A stretch of DNA of 64,000 nucleotides from Psammoneis japonica. Lineage: Eukaryota. Shown one piece after another: positions 23,500-37,397 of the stretch. A model generated the notes under the pieces. The model made no database searches. It was not told the DNA's origin and was given only the letters and a program-made list of their open reading frames with translations. Location: positions 806,001 through 870,000 of the forward strand of contig QPGO01000003.1 in the NCBI GenBank assembly GCA_008632985.1, in the 5' to 3' direction. Every line of letters begins with the position of its first letter. Within the stretch, counting starts at the first letter, position 1. The translations under genes and the position numbers were made by a program.

Positions 23500-26400
23500 T
23501 GCACCCATGTTTTTGTGATTGATGCACCATGGTCAACCACCACCCAGTGGGATTTTGCAGGTCTCATGGTCAACCACCACCCAGTGGGATTTTGCAGGTC
23601 TCATTGGAAAATTGCTGGGTTTTTCTTTGTTCTGATGGCAAGAATCAATTCTCCTGCATCATTGTCATGTGTTTTGATGTTTGTTGACAACGGGGCTAGA
23701 AGCAAGGGGGGCAATGGCCAAAACTGGCCAAGCCAGAAGTGCCTTGGCCAAGCCAGCATGGCACACCTTTTGGTTGCCAGCATGACAGTTGTGGCAGGTT
23801 CAAGGTGCAACAAGGGCTTGGGATCATCTCACATGCTGATTGTGATGGTCAAACTTCAAAACAGGTGTCTTTCTGCCTTTCTGAGCCAAGAACTTCTCAA
23901 AAAGCACTCATCTGCTTCAGGAGTCAAAAAACTGAGTGGGGACAACAAAAAGTTTTCTGTGTTCTTTCCTTTTCTGAGAGCCGTCTGGTGGGCAGTGGAG
24001 CCCCTGGCAAGAAACAGTTCAAAACAACAAGCCATCAAAGTTGTTGGGGCCTTGAAGCTTGCTCTGCTTTCACTTGCCACACTGTCACTTCAACATGCCT
24101 CCCAGCTGTGATTGTCAAGAAATCACTCTCCAAGTGGCACTTGAATCACTTCTCAACAATGAAAAAAATTGTGATGATGTCAAGCTGCACAGGGGGCTGA
24201 TGGCAAACAAGTTCATGTGACACAGGCTCACCTCACTGTGCAGAGCATGGTGTCTCATTTCATGCAAGGCCACTCAGTCTGTCACAAATGACTGAAAAAA
24301 TGCAAGGATTTTGAGGCCCACAATCTCACTCTAAAACAACTGGAAGACGGTCTGTCCCTGCAACACAAGGGTTGTTGGAAAGTGGCCAAAGAGGCTGGAA
24401 ACCACCAGAAGGACCTTTCTCAAGAAACAGGCCAAAGAACCAGCCAAGGCAAATGAGTCCACTGCAGAAAGACAACTCCATGATCTCCTGCACAAGGAAG
24501 AACAAAGGGAACAGAATTGCAGAGTCAACCAAATCTCTTGCAAGCCAATGAGATCAGCCCCAACCCAACTGCTGAAAAAAAGAGGTCAGGACAACAGGGA
24601 AATCACCACTGAGGAAGAAATTGAAGATGTTTTGCTCACCAAGTGCAAAAACAGACTGCATCAGATGGAGGAGACTTGCCTCATGCAGGAATCACTGGTC
24701 CACAATGTCCAGTTTCTGGGCATTGGTCTGGCAGCCAACACAATGCTGCAAGGATCACACCAACTCACAGAAGGGACCAACGCACATGTTCAAGAATGCT
24801 TCAAACAGCTGAGTCACCCAAGAGGACATGAGCCACCCTCCCTCCCTGGATCACTGCCAAAGAACACATCCACTCATGGAAGTGAGACAGAGAAGATCTG
24901 CACCAGACCATCAGGGCCACATCCAGCCCACTTCCAAGCTTCATGCAACGGCCCTCTTCTTGCAAAGATGGGTGCATCTGTGACAAATTTCCCATGCATC
25001 ACCAGATGCACACCAAAAAGATGGAGGCAAGGAATGGACCTTCTTGTTCCCAAGAAGGAAGGTTGCAAATGCATTGACTTGCTCTGCCTGATGCTCTGTT
25101 TTGAGGTGCACACCAACAACAACAGCAAGTGCCTGGGAAGGAAGATGATGCAACACACAGAACCTCAAAATTGGACAGCCAGAGAGCAATGCATCAGCAG
25201 GAAAGGTCACTTGGTGGAAGAACAAGCCCTCAACAAGCAACAGACATTTAATCTGACAAGAGTGGACCAAATCACATTGGTCAACACAGCTGTTGATCTA
25301 CAATCATGCTGCAACTTGGTGGCATGCTCATGTGCATGGCCATGAGGAGCAAAAGGTGCTCAAGAAGTCCCAATTGCACGCAAATTCATGACACTGCAGT
25401 GCACAGAACACACAGTCAAGACAATCTGTGGCAGATCAGATGATTCATTTGGTGGAGTGCCTCTGCGTAACATGGTTTGACCCAACACACTTCAACCCTG
25501 AAGACAAACCCCTGCAAGGCCTTGGACAAGGCAATGGCAATGCCCCACAAACACAGTCAGCAGTCAGCATGCCTGCACTGGAGATGATGAGAGTGGCGGG
25601 CCATGGTGCTGCATTCAAATCATCCATCAGCAGAGGGTCCCTGAGATCAGTTGGCTTTGCGTTTGTTGATGACAGCAACTTGATGCACACAGCAGCAGAC
25701 TCACATCAACCAAGCTGGGAAGTGGCAGCTGATGCCCAACAAGGCCTGGACCAGTTCATCAGTGGAACGTGCATCACAGGAGGGGACATCCAACCCAACA
25801 AATGCTGGTGGCATCTCATCAAATTTGAATGGAAACAAGGAAATTGGCAACACATGGAGGAAACCATTGACCCATCTGACAAAAATGATCCTCACATGTT
25901 TGGATCTCCCATCTAAATCCAAGCCAAGCAACGGAGACTCTTGGTGTCTGGTTGGCCCCAGATGGCAACTGCAACAAAGTGGTCAAAGCCCTGTAGAAAC
26001 AAGTGGAGGCATGGGCTGACTGAGTCCGCATTGGTCACCTCACTGAAGCAGATGCATGGCTGTCTCTCACACAAAGAATGCAGAAAGCTCTTGACCACCC
26101 ACCACTGGCACTCATGGTCAACTCCAAGGAGTGCAGACACGTTGAAGCTCCTGTGCTTCAACAGGGCATCCTGAGAGCTGGATTGTGCTGCTCATTTCCT
26201 TGGGCAGTTGTTCAAGGACCCAATCACTTCCAAGGATGGGGGTCCAGTCAATTGAATTCACCATGCACAAGAAACACATTGAAGCATTGGCAAAACATGG
26301 CAAGCAACAAACTGTCACTGGCAATCTCATCTGCACACTTCTTGAAAAACACAAACTGGAAATTGGTGTGAGCGGTTAATTCTTGGACAAGCCATGCAAG

Positions 26401-28800
26401 ACCTTTGGTGTGCTGGTGACTCCTTTGGGGATTGAACACCTGTGGAAATTCTTGTCAGAGCACAACATCCATGTTGAAGAGGACACCCCCAACCTGCGCA
26501 TGAGCTGCATTGATGACTCCTTTCTCATGGAACAATTTGCAGACGAAGGCTTTTGGAGCACAAGACCAATTGCTCTCAACCATTGCCGCACATGCCTGTG
26601 TGCAACAACCACAGCCAACACAAGCTCTGGGGATGGCAAAGGAATTCTGGAAGCAGCATGGAACAGCAAAGATGATCCCTCCTTTTGATTGCCCCTTCAC
26701 TGGCCAATCCAAGGTGGGCCATCAGCTGCAGATTGGAACCTGTGGAGGATGGTGCTAAGAGCAACATTCACGAGACCCTCCAACGTGTGTGCTCAACAAC
26801 TGCAGAGGCCCCTGGGTAACTGGACAACCAAAAATGCAGATGACTTGCACTGGACATGGTTCTTTTCTCCATCCAAAGACTGAGTTTACCACAAAGCAGC
26901 AGCGGACAACTGGAAAGTCTGCAAGATGGCCAGCAGAAGATGGGCCAGGGCGCCTCACAGAAGATTTGTTCTGACCAAGGCAGCAACTCCTGTGGGAGAC
27001 CCACAACAGACAAGAATCCATTGGAGAGGCAGAGACACCTGGGAATTGTGTCACACTGGATTGGCTCCAACACAAACATGCCCCCCTGAACCACAATTCG
27101 AGACCATTGTCAACAGAATTTGACATCATCCGGCAAGCTCACAGTGGTCCAATGAATGCATTGCCAACAACAACAACACCTGGCATGTCAACCAAGCTGT
27201 CAGAGCTGCCACTGCTGTTGCTGCAAGTGTTGGGTGCCTCAGCCTTCACCACACAAGGGCCTCAAGAATCCAATCATGTCACAGGCACCAATGTCATCCC
27301 AGGCCACCAGGGAGATGTCAAGTCATGTTGTGTGGAAACAGCAGGTCTCTGTGGGATTGTCTGCATGGTTGAAGACATCTGTGCCCACCACAACATCCAG
27401 AAAGAATCCATCAAAGTGGCTTGCAATGGGGACCAGGCACTCAACAAGACGTTTGACCTCCATGGGCACATTGCACCATGCTCTGACAACTTTGCCCTGC
27501 CAAGTGAATGCCGCAAAAACCAAGTTGGAAAAAAGCAAACTTGAGCGGAAATTCAGGTGGGTCAAAGGTCATCAAGATGGAAAGCCAAGACATGGGCTGG
27601 AGTGATGGGCAAGACTCAACATCCAAATGGACAACCTTGCAAAAGCCAAATGGCAACAGGTCACCCGGTTGAATCCAGGCTTGATGCGGCTCAACATTGA
27701 GGACAAAATGTGGCTGGTCCACACAGGCAAGTGCAAAATGTCCACCAAACTTCTGGAACAATTGCTCAATCAAACCTGTGGCACCAAATTGGTTCACTGC
27801 TGGGCACATGAAAAACAATGCTTCTCATGACAGGGTTTTTCAAAAAGTGGGCTGGGATGCAATTGACAAAGCAGCAGACCAACTGGGAATCGGACACTGA
27901 TGCTGGCCAGCAAAACATGTGACTGGCATCTGCGGAGCAGGCAAGTGGCTGCAATGGTGGAAGCCACAAGACCACTCCCACTGCCCATGCTGTGAAGAAG
28001 ACAACAAAGATGTCTGACACACCCTGATCTGCCCAGAAGCCATGGCCAAGTGGAACAAACTGCTGTGGAAACACGTCAAATGGATGGATGACAACAATGC
28101 AGTGTTCGGGTTCTCTGAAGCAACACAAGAAATCATCTTCAAGCATGGAGAGCTCATGGCAACTTCCCTGTTGCATGCAACAACCTTGCCAGTCCAATCC
28201 TCCAACAGGCCATTCAATCTCAGCACATCATTGGTTGGAACAGGCTCCTGGAAGGCTGTCTACATCATTGGTTGGAACAGGCTCCTGGAAGGCTGTCTGG
28301 TGAGAGAGTGGTCCCAACTGCAAGATGAGCACTTCCGTCAATGCTCCTCCTGCAAAACAGGTGCCAAATGGGTGCAACGCTGGATCAAACAGCCAATCAA
28401 CATCCCTCAAGGCATGTGGAAACACCAAAACAATGCGGCACATCTGAAACTCACAGAACAAGCCATGCAAGAACTTGACACAGCTTTGCATGACACCATT
28501 TCCAATGAGGACAAGAGTCCCTTCTGTCAGAACATGGTTGCCACTTTTGTGGACACCTCATCACTCTGTTGTCCAACCACCACACACACAAGAGGTCATG
28601 GCTGGCCAATGTTGTTGCAGCCCAAGAACGCCAATCCAGAAAACTGGGTGTCAGCATCCAAATGAAAGCAGAGTGAGCCATGCCACACAAGTGGGTCACA
28701 GCAAGAATGCCAACAAAAGAAGCCACCAACACAAAACGTGATGAGGAATCACCCCCTCATCCCTCTTGTCATGTGCACACCCATCTCAGGACAAGACAAG
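23500..28800 (+). mobile_element. Degenerate non-LTR retrotransposon (Ambal-like: RT + RNase H + C-terminal Zn motif); ends approximate
   Basis: PKRWRQG.DLL.PKK, EQC.SRKG, QALNK, DLQSCC, QGLGQGNG, FAFVDDS, ETAGLCG, WVKGHQD, CPCC..H..CP, IGWNRLLEG; many stops and frameshifts. Confidence 0.8.
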
Positions 28801-30569
28801 CACCTCCAATGATTCTGCCTCCAACTTGGAGCAGTTGCGCTAGATTCAAGTTTCTCTTGTTTTGTTTCAGCTGTGCCAGGGACCTGCTCCATCAAACATG
28901 GACAACCAATGGCTGCATGTGACAATGCAGCATCCTGTGCCAGGGCCCAACCATGGTGGGACAACTGACAGTGATGCTCCTTGACATCAAGTTGAGTTTG
29001 CCTTGTTCAAACATGCCCCTCTTTAGATGACAGTCTGGAGCACTTCTCTCCAAAGTCTTGCAGCCAGCCGGCTAAAAGCCTGCAGAGGGCGCTGGCACTG
29101 ACCAGCAATCATTGAGTTGATTGATTGATTGAGAATCCTTTGGTCCTTTTTGGAGTGGGCACCTTTGTGGTTGGCAAGCCTGCTGTGCATCACAACTCTG
29201 CCAGACAAACTTGGCCATGTTGCTCAAGTGCATGCCAAGCAATTGACCCATGATGGCTTCCTTGTTGATGGACTTAACAGGCTTGCTGCTCTTCCCAGAC
29301 ACATTGGTTGCATGGCATGTGGTCATGCAGGCACTCTCATGCAACACATTCCAAGGTGCTGCTGCATGGCTGCAGCTTGATGCAACATGTGATGATGCAC
29401 TGCCACCCCTTGACCCAAAATCTGCTTGAGTTTGATTGCTGCAATGCACACCAAACCCAAGCAACAGAAGAAAACAGCGAGGTGTTGTTTGGGGTGACAA
29501 AACACATGAACTCATGACACAATGAGTTGCACAAAATGCCACACCTGTTTTTGTCTTTTGTTCTTGGCACCTGTGTCATTGCCAAAAATGTTGCAAATGA
29601 TGGAATGTTGACAGTTTTTATTCAAATTCCAAGCCAATGTTGGCAATGCTGTTGGTTGTTGGGTTTGGACATCATTTGGTTGTGATCTCACCAAGTCTCA
29701 GGGTTTCTTGTCATTTCTTGCCTTTTCTCATTGCTTCTTGCTCTTTGCTTCTCGTCACTTCTCATCATTTCTCATGCTTCTCATGATTTCTCATGTTTTC
29801 ATCATCTTGAGCAATCTCCCTGTCCAGTGGCAAAGCAGTGCTGTCAACAACTTTGGCCACTCAAGAGGTTTGCTGCTGGAAGCTCTGTGGTTGGTGGAGA
29901 AGAAATGGCTCAAGAAGCAACAGCAGGCATGGGGCACTGGGAGCCTTGTGCTGAAATGGTGACAAGATGCAGTGTTGATTTGTGTTGCTCTTTTGTGAGT
30001 GTCAGCACTGCTGCAGCTCCAGCCAAGAGAGAGATTTCTTCTCATTTTCTCACAATCTCTCATGATTTCTCACAACTTCTTGTCATTTCTTGTCCTTCTT
30101 GTGAGCTTGCATCACTTCTTGTCACTTCTCATCATTTCTTGCCATTTCTCATTGTGTGTCTGTTGAGAAATGTTGCTTGGATCTCTGCCATTTGACAACC
30201 TTTGGTTTTGCAAAATCACTTTGAAAAACAGGCAGCCTTGTTGGCAGTTGCTCCAGCTGTTGGTGCACAAACATGGGTGGCATTCATGTGTGCAATTGTG
30301 CTCTGCAAGAGCCTGAGTCACCAGCTTTGTTTGTGCCTTCATTGGCAACAACCACACCACCAGGAGTCAACACATGACACATGATGTCATTTGACAATGT
30401 TTGAGCAATGCACCACAACCACTGCACACAGATTGTTGAGGTTTTTCCATGTGGGATGTCCCAGGGTCTCTTTCCACCATGCATTTTTGTGGGTTTTGTG
30501 CAAAGTGCTGCTGGGTGGTGCTTTGGGTGCAAGGCCAAAGCTTTGTGTGGGAAACCATGCAGCCATTTC

Positions 30570-30813
30570 TGACAGGATTTGAACAAGATTTTAGTTTGTC
30601 ACACACAATTGTGTGTGCTCTTGGTTCCGCGCACGTCGCACGATGTAGTTTGCTTTCAAGCCACATGGCTCACAAGAACAATGACAGCAGTGCCATGTCA
30701 TGACACCAGTCTTTCGGCTCCTGCAGTGGTCTCTGAATGGAGACTTATCTGCCATTTAGACAGCAGCAAGGAGTTGTTGTTTACTTCCACCCAGTCATCT
30801 TCATTTTCTGTCA
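30570..30813 (+). repeat. 5' LTR
   Basis: 244 bp, about 90% identical to 37153-37397. Confidence 0.95.
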
Positions 30814-31626
30814 GATTGACAGTCTTGCTCTTTGTCATCCATTGAGCGTTCATCATCATCATCGAGAAATTTTTCGACAACGCGCACCGTTGGCGGTGGA
30901 AGCATGTGTCTGCCTTCTTCACTGCTGGACACTGGATTAAATCTGCACATTTGGATTTATCCAACACCTCTCATTGTTGGATGTGTTCATCAAACGGATG
31001 TTTCTTTGACCAGGAATTCCTGAATTCTCAAGCATCCGAGATTCCGGATTCCTCACAGCGGATCCTGCTAATCCATCTGCTCGCGTCCACGTGCACACGA
31101 TGTGAACCCTTGACTCTGGCCCTGCTTCGCACATGCCAAGTCTACCGCCTTACATCTGCACTGGATTGCTGGTCTTCTGCAGTCCTGCAAGGTCCACGAG
31201 GACAACTGTGAGAGGAAGCAGTTCGTGATTGCAGCCTGTGTTGGGGCGAGGGTGCATTTCCCACATTTGTTCGTCCCTCCACAGCGCCAAATTTGGCCGG
31301 CCTGATCGGGTTGTCCAACCAATGTAAAACAAGAACAGTTCGGAGGTCTTGTCCACCTCTGGCTGGCTTGTCAGCAGAGGTTTTTTACCCGTTGCTCCAC
31401 TCTCAGGCAACCCAAAGCGTCGCCAGCTGCGGGTTCGGACGTGCCGGCACAACCCTGCAGACCGGATGGGAAGCTTGGCACTTAACTACGAATGGGACAT
31501 CACAGCCCAGCGGCTTCTGACTCTTGAGATAGTTCAAGACATCAAGTCAAGATTCAAGTCAAGTTTCAAGCCATTTCAAGCCCACACTCCAATTTTAGCC
31601 AGTTCCAACATCCACCCAGTTGCAAC

Positions 31627-34600
31627 ATGGTCCTCACCAGGCAACATCAAATCAATGGCCTCAAGCACATTCTAGGCACTGTCCTGAATCAAGCCGCAGA
31701 CAGTCCATTGCGCTCCACCCTCAACATTGATGGAACCGATTCGCATCAGGACCTTTTCACTTTTACACCGATGCAATTGGATGCCCTTGTGCACAATGAC
31801 GGCACCAATCAAATGCCCTTGCCACGTGGTTACAAAGCACAGACAGCTGCGCTGATTAGCCTGTACACGGCAAAAGCGCACGGCGGCACGGATGTCAGCA
31901 ATGACCCTCAATTGTTCACGCAAGAGGAGTTCACCATCTGTTGTCTCAGTCCTGAGCATGCAGCGTCCCTCTCCATGGGTGCAGCACCAACTGCTCCCAC
32001 CCCTGGCTCGTTGCCACCCAAACCACGTGATCCCATGCGTGACTTTAAACGAGGCATCAAACGTGACCCACTCACCTTCGCGCTTCTCAAGTCTGACAAA
32101 CAGCGGCACACATGGCACACCCCCATCATCGCACAGGCCTGCTCCCAAGACATCGCACGCATTCTCGATCCGACGTGCACAAGCCCTCTGCAGCTGAGGA
32201 CAAGGCCCTGTTTGCTGAACAACAGAAGCACATGTTTGCCGCATTTGAACAGATCTTGCAGAATGACAAAGGCAAGGCTCTTGTTCGTCAACATGTCGGC
32301 TCCTCTGATGCTCAAGCGGTGCATCGTGATCTCTCCAAGTGTGCCCTTGCTTCCACTCGCGCATCCCTGGAGTCCTCGACCCTTCTCACGCACCTCACCA
32401 CTGCTCGCCTCAGTGATGGCACCTGGAAAGGATCCACTCATGCCTTCATGCTCCACTGGCAGGACCAGCTCCGCAAGTGTGAAGCTCTTGTCCCGGGTGC
32501 GGACCATTTCTCTGCTGGCCAGAAACGTGTCATGCTTGAGAATGCTGTTCATCCTGTTGAGGAACTCCGTTTGGTGAAGAATCAAGCCGATCAGTTCCGC
32601 ATGCAGAATGGAAAGGGGCTCTCTTATGAAGAGTGCTGTGGACTCCTGCTTTCTGCTGCAGCACAGCACAACAGCACGTTCACCCCCAAGACGGCTCCTT
32701 GCACTCCACGCCATGCCATCTACGAACATGACCTGGTCCCTGATGACCCTGATGATGATGCATTCTTCGACATCGACAGTGATGTTGACGTCATCCAAGC
32801 TTGTGCTGCATGAACTCGCGGCAATTCCCTCACCAAGGAACAATGGCGTTGCATCCCGCCGGACCATCAGCGCATTTGGGACACCTCACCCCAATCCACC
32901 AAGGCCATCATGCACAACCTCCGCATTGGCAGCGATGGTGATGTCAACTTGTCCGCCCACACTCACGATCTTGCGTCAGCCTCTGCACAATTCAACGCTG
33001 CAGCCGATGCAGCCGATGCCAACCCCATTCTGGCTCATCTCACCAGGCGCAAGCCTCTGCCACCCGGCAACTTGCAACGTCTCCTGGCCCCTGAACGGCC
33101 TCCTTCCGCCCGTTCTGGTGAGAAACCGCCCGGATCCACACCTTCCGTCCACTCCGATGCGAAGCCCATTGACACTGACATTGAGATCAACGGCCATGAA
33201 TGCCGTCGCGTCAAGAACCACAACGTTGTCTGCTCTGCCTCGACCCACAAGTCAACTCGCAAAGGTGCTCTCGTGGATCGTGGTGCAAACAGCGGTGTTG
33301 CCGGTGATGATGTTCGTGTCATTGCCCGCACTGGTCACCAGGTTGACGTCCAAGGCATCAACGATCATCAACTGGTTGACATTCCCATTGTCACTGCCGG
33401 TGTTGCCATCCACATGCAACGCGGCCCTGCCATTGCCATCCTTCACCAGTGCACCTGCACTGGAAAGGGGAAGATGATGCACTCTTGCGGCCAGCTCGAG
33501 TGGCACAAACACGATGTCAACGATTGGTCCATCAAGGTTCCCAATGGTCTGCAGCGCATCACCACTGTTGATGGATGCGTCATTCCCATCGACATTAAAG
33601 CCGGCCTCCTGTGCGTTGCCATGCGCCCGCACACCGACACCAAATGGGACACTCTGCCACATGTTGTCCTCACTGGTGATGACACATGGGACCCATCTGT
33701 CCTTGACCACCAGTTCGCCAATGATGAAAAGTGGTGTGATGCCATGTCTGACCTCCAAGACGACCCGACTGCCAACCTCTTCGATGAGTTCAGCAACTGT
33801 TGTCACCGCCATGTCATCAACAACGCCATGCTTGCAGACTCCGTCCTTGATGATCACCTGCTCCCGACATCTGATTTCTTCTACGAATGCCATGAGCGCA
33901 AACTCCATCCCAAGGATCCCGACTTTGAGTCCCTCCGCTGCCACCTTGGCTTTCTCCCAAAGGACACTGTCCACCGCACTTTTGATTGCACGACCCAGTG
34001 TGCCCGCATGCCAACCAGCATGCACCTGAAAAAGGCGTGCAAATCGCCCAACCCGGCTCTCAATGTCCACCAATGTGATGAACCCCTTGCCACCGACACG
34101 GTCTGCTCCAGCACCCCTGCCATTGACTCTGGTTGCACCAGCACCCAGCTCTTTGTCGGCACGGAATCTCTTGTCACTGACATGTGTGGCACCAAAACTG
34201 ACAAAGAATTTGTCACCACCCTTGAGGACAACATTTGTAATCGCGGTGCCCCGTCCAAGCTCATCAGCGACCATGCTCAGGTTGAGATCAGCAACAAGGT
34301 TCTTGGCATCCTTCATGCCCTCTTCATCTCTAGTTGGTAAAGCGAGCCTCACCACCAGCATCAGAATTTTGCTGAACGCCACTGCCAAACTGTGAAGACC
34401 ATGGCCAACACTGTCATGGATTGCTTCAGCTCACACCTGGCTGCTTGCCCTGATGCATGTGTGTTTTGTGCTCAACCACACGGCGTCCGCCAAGCTCCAC
34501 TGGCGCACCCCCCACCGAGGTGCTGTCCAGCTCTGCTCCTGACATCAGCCCGCTCCTCCGCTTTCAATGGTGGGAACCCGTGTGCTGCCACCTGGATGAT

Positions 34601-37165
34601 TCCGACTGGCCGTCCAAATCCCGTGAATTACGTGGTCGCTTCATTGGCATCGCCGAACACGTTGGTCACCAAATGACGTTTAAGATTCTTTCTGATGACA
34701 CTCAGAAGATTCTCTGCCGTTCCAACGTGCGCTCCGCCCGTGATCCGTCTGCTCCAAGCCTGCATCTTGATCCTCCTGACAAGAAATCTGCTGACCCTGT
34801 CATTAAATCCCGCCACCACTCCGAGAATTTGCCAGATTCACCAGATGGGGAGGCGATCAGGATGCCCAAAATGCCGGTCTTTGACCCCAAGGATGTCACA
34901 GGACGCACCTTCCTCATGAAGCCACAAGAGGATGGACAGCACCACAGAGCCCGCATCGTCAAAGCCGTTGAGGACCACGACTGGAAAATTGGAGGCAATC
35001 CTGAACTGGTCAAGTTCATTTGCTCCGTCAACAATGACGAATGCGAGGAAGTCCCAGCCTGCAATGACATCATGCACCACATTGAGCAAGAAGACGAGGA
35101 CTCAACTCTCTGGAAGTTCTGACGCATCACATTGCACAAAGGACCATTGCGACCCCATGATCCCTCTTGGAAAGGCTCAAGCTACAACGTCATGCTTGAA
35201 TGGGAGAATGGGGAGATCACGTCTGAACCCCTTGCCATCATTGCCAAGGATGACCCCGTCACCTGTGCCATCTACACGCGTGAGCACGGCCTTCTAGAAA
35301 CTGAAGGATGGAGACGTCTTTGCAAGATAGCACTTTGTCAGAAGAAGCTGTTCCGCATGGCCAACCAAGCCAAGTTGCACTCCTTTTGCACTGCGCCACG
35401 ATGCAAGTGCGGGTGTGAAGTGCCACGGGACTTCAAGCATGCCATGGCCCTTGATGAGCGCAATGGCAACTGCAAGTGGGGAGACGCAACAGACCTTGAG
35501 ATGAGCCAGCTTGATGAGTGCAAGGTCTTCCACGACTGTGGACACCACAAGGATTCCAGTGCTCCATCGGGACACAAGAAGATCCGGGTGCATCTCATCT
35601 GCAACGTCAAACATGATGGATGGCCCAAAGCAAGGCTTGTTGCCGATGGACACCTCACAGACGTGCCCATCGACAGTGTCTGTTCCGGAGTGGTGTCTCT
35701 CCGTGGCCTGCGAATGATGATCTTCCTGGCCGAACTCAACGAACTAGAGACCTGGGCCACTGACATTGGGAATGCCCACCTTGAAGCCACGACCAAGGAG
35801 AAACTGTACATCACAGCAGGCCCCAAGTTTGGTGACCTGGAAGGACACATCCTTGTCATCCACAAGGCCTTGTGCAGACTCTGCAGCTCCGGCCTCAGAT
35901 GGCATGAATGTTTTGCCGATTGCTTGCGTGCCAAAGGCTTCTTTCCATGCAAAGCCGAACCCGACATCTGGCTGCACAGGAATGGTGACCACTGCGAATG
36001 CGTGGCAGTGTATGTGGATGACCTGGCCTTCGCCATGAAGGACCCCCAGGCTTTTGCAGACACCCTCATGGAGAAGTGCAAGTTCAAGCTCAAGGGCACT
36101 GGACCATTGGAGCTTCATCTTGGCTGCGACTTCACCCGTGACCCAGATGGCACCCTGTGCCTTGCTCCCTGCAAGTGCATTGAGTGCATGGTTGACAACT
36201 GCACACACCTCTTTGGGGAGAAGCCCCGCACTGATGTGCTTTCACCCCTTGACAAGGGTGACCACCCTGAGCTCGACACCTCCGAATTGCTCAAACTGGA
36301 TGGCATCCACCAATTCCAATCCTTGATTGGATCCCTGCAATGGACTGCATCTCTGGGTCGCATTGACATCACTGCGGCTGTCATGTCCCTGTCCAGCTTC
36401 CATGCAGTGCCCCGTCAAGGCCACCTGGACCGTGCCAAATGCATCTGCGGATTCCTCTCCAAGATGCGTCATGGCACCCTCCGAGTGCGCACCGAGGAGC
36501 CCGACTGTTTGGACCTTCCCAAGCCCGTGTGCGGTTGGGCTCAATCCATGCATGGGGAGGCAGAAGAGCTGCTCCCGCAAGATGCGCCCGAGCCACTTGG
36601 CAAGTTCGTCACCACCACGCACTGCATTGATGCGAACTTGTTCCATTGCATGCTCACTGGATGCTCTGTCACCGGCATCCTCCATTTCCTCAATGAGTTT
36701 CCGGCTGATTGGTTCTCTTAGAAACAAGCAACAGCAGAGACTGCTGCATGTGGATCCGAGTTCGTTGCCGCGCAAGGACGTGTGTCAAGCAGATCATCAA
36801 TCTGCGCGTCACTTTGCGTCACCTTGGCACCCCCATTCTCGTGAAACATGTTGCATGTTTGGGGGGACAACAAGTTGGTTGTGGACAGTGCTGCCATCCT
36901 GCACTCCAAGTTACACAAGTGACACACCACCCTCTCGTTCCATCGTGTGCGTGAGGTGATTGCCTCCGGTTTCCTTGAGCTTCATTTTGTCGAAGGCTCC
37001 CGCAACCCGGCTGACATCCTCAGCAAGCATTGGGGTTGCTCCCAAATCTGGAACCTCCTTTGTCCTCTAATGTTTTGGAACTTCGATCCCAAGGCTTTCA
37101 ACCAATCCAACTTCGAATCTGTCACTGTTGACCCCTCAAGCAAACTGGGGAGTGACAGGATTTGA
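31627..37165 (+). pseudogene. Copia gag-pol, disrupted and Tyr-depleted
   Basis: LVDRGANSG (PR), GAPSKLISDHAQVE and QNFAER (IN), ARLVADGH, DIGNAHL and YVDDL (RT), NPADILSKHW (RNase H). Confidence 0.9.
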
Positions 37166-37397
37166 ACAAGATTTTAGTTTGTCACACACAATTGTGTGTG
37201 CTCTTGGTTCCGCGTGCGTTGTGTGATGTAGTTTGCTTTTGAGCCACATGGCTCACAAGAACAATGACAGCAGCGCCAATGTCATGACACCAGTCTTTCA
37301 GCTCCTGCAACGGTCTCTGCACGGAGACTCATCTGCTGTTTAGACAGCAGCAAGGAGTCATTGTTTTCTTCCACCCAGCACTTTTCATTTTCTGTCA
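37153..37397 (+). repeat. 3' LTR
   Basis: 245 bp, immediately after the PPT. Confidence 0.95.

Larger units (their letters stand above)
30570..37397 (+). mobile_element. Full-length, inactivated Ty1/Copia LTR retrotransposon (diatom CoDi-like)
   Basis: Two LTRs with TGACAG...CTGTCA ends, PPT ggggag at 37147-37152, TSD atttc/atttt, gag-PR-IN-RT-RH order. Confidence 0.95.

Noticed and set aside
30814..30835. Primer-binding site assignment
   Set aside because: gattgacagtcttgctc does not match a tRNA 3' end I can identify and may itself be eroded.
36011..36022. Survival of Tyr in the RT YVDD motif as evidence of selection
   Set aside because: One of four surviving Tyr in an element already broken by stops; compatible with chance.
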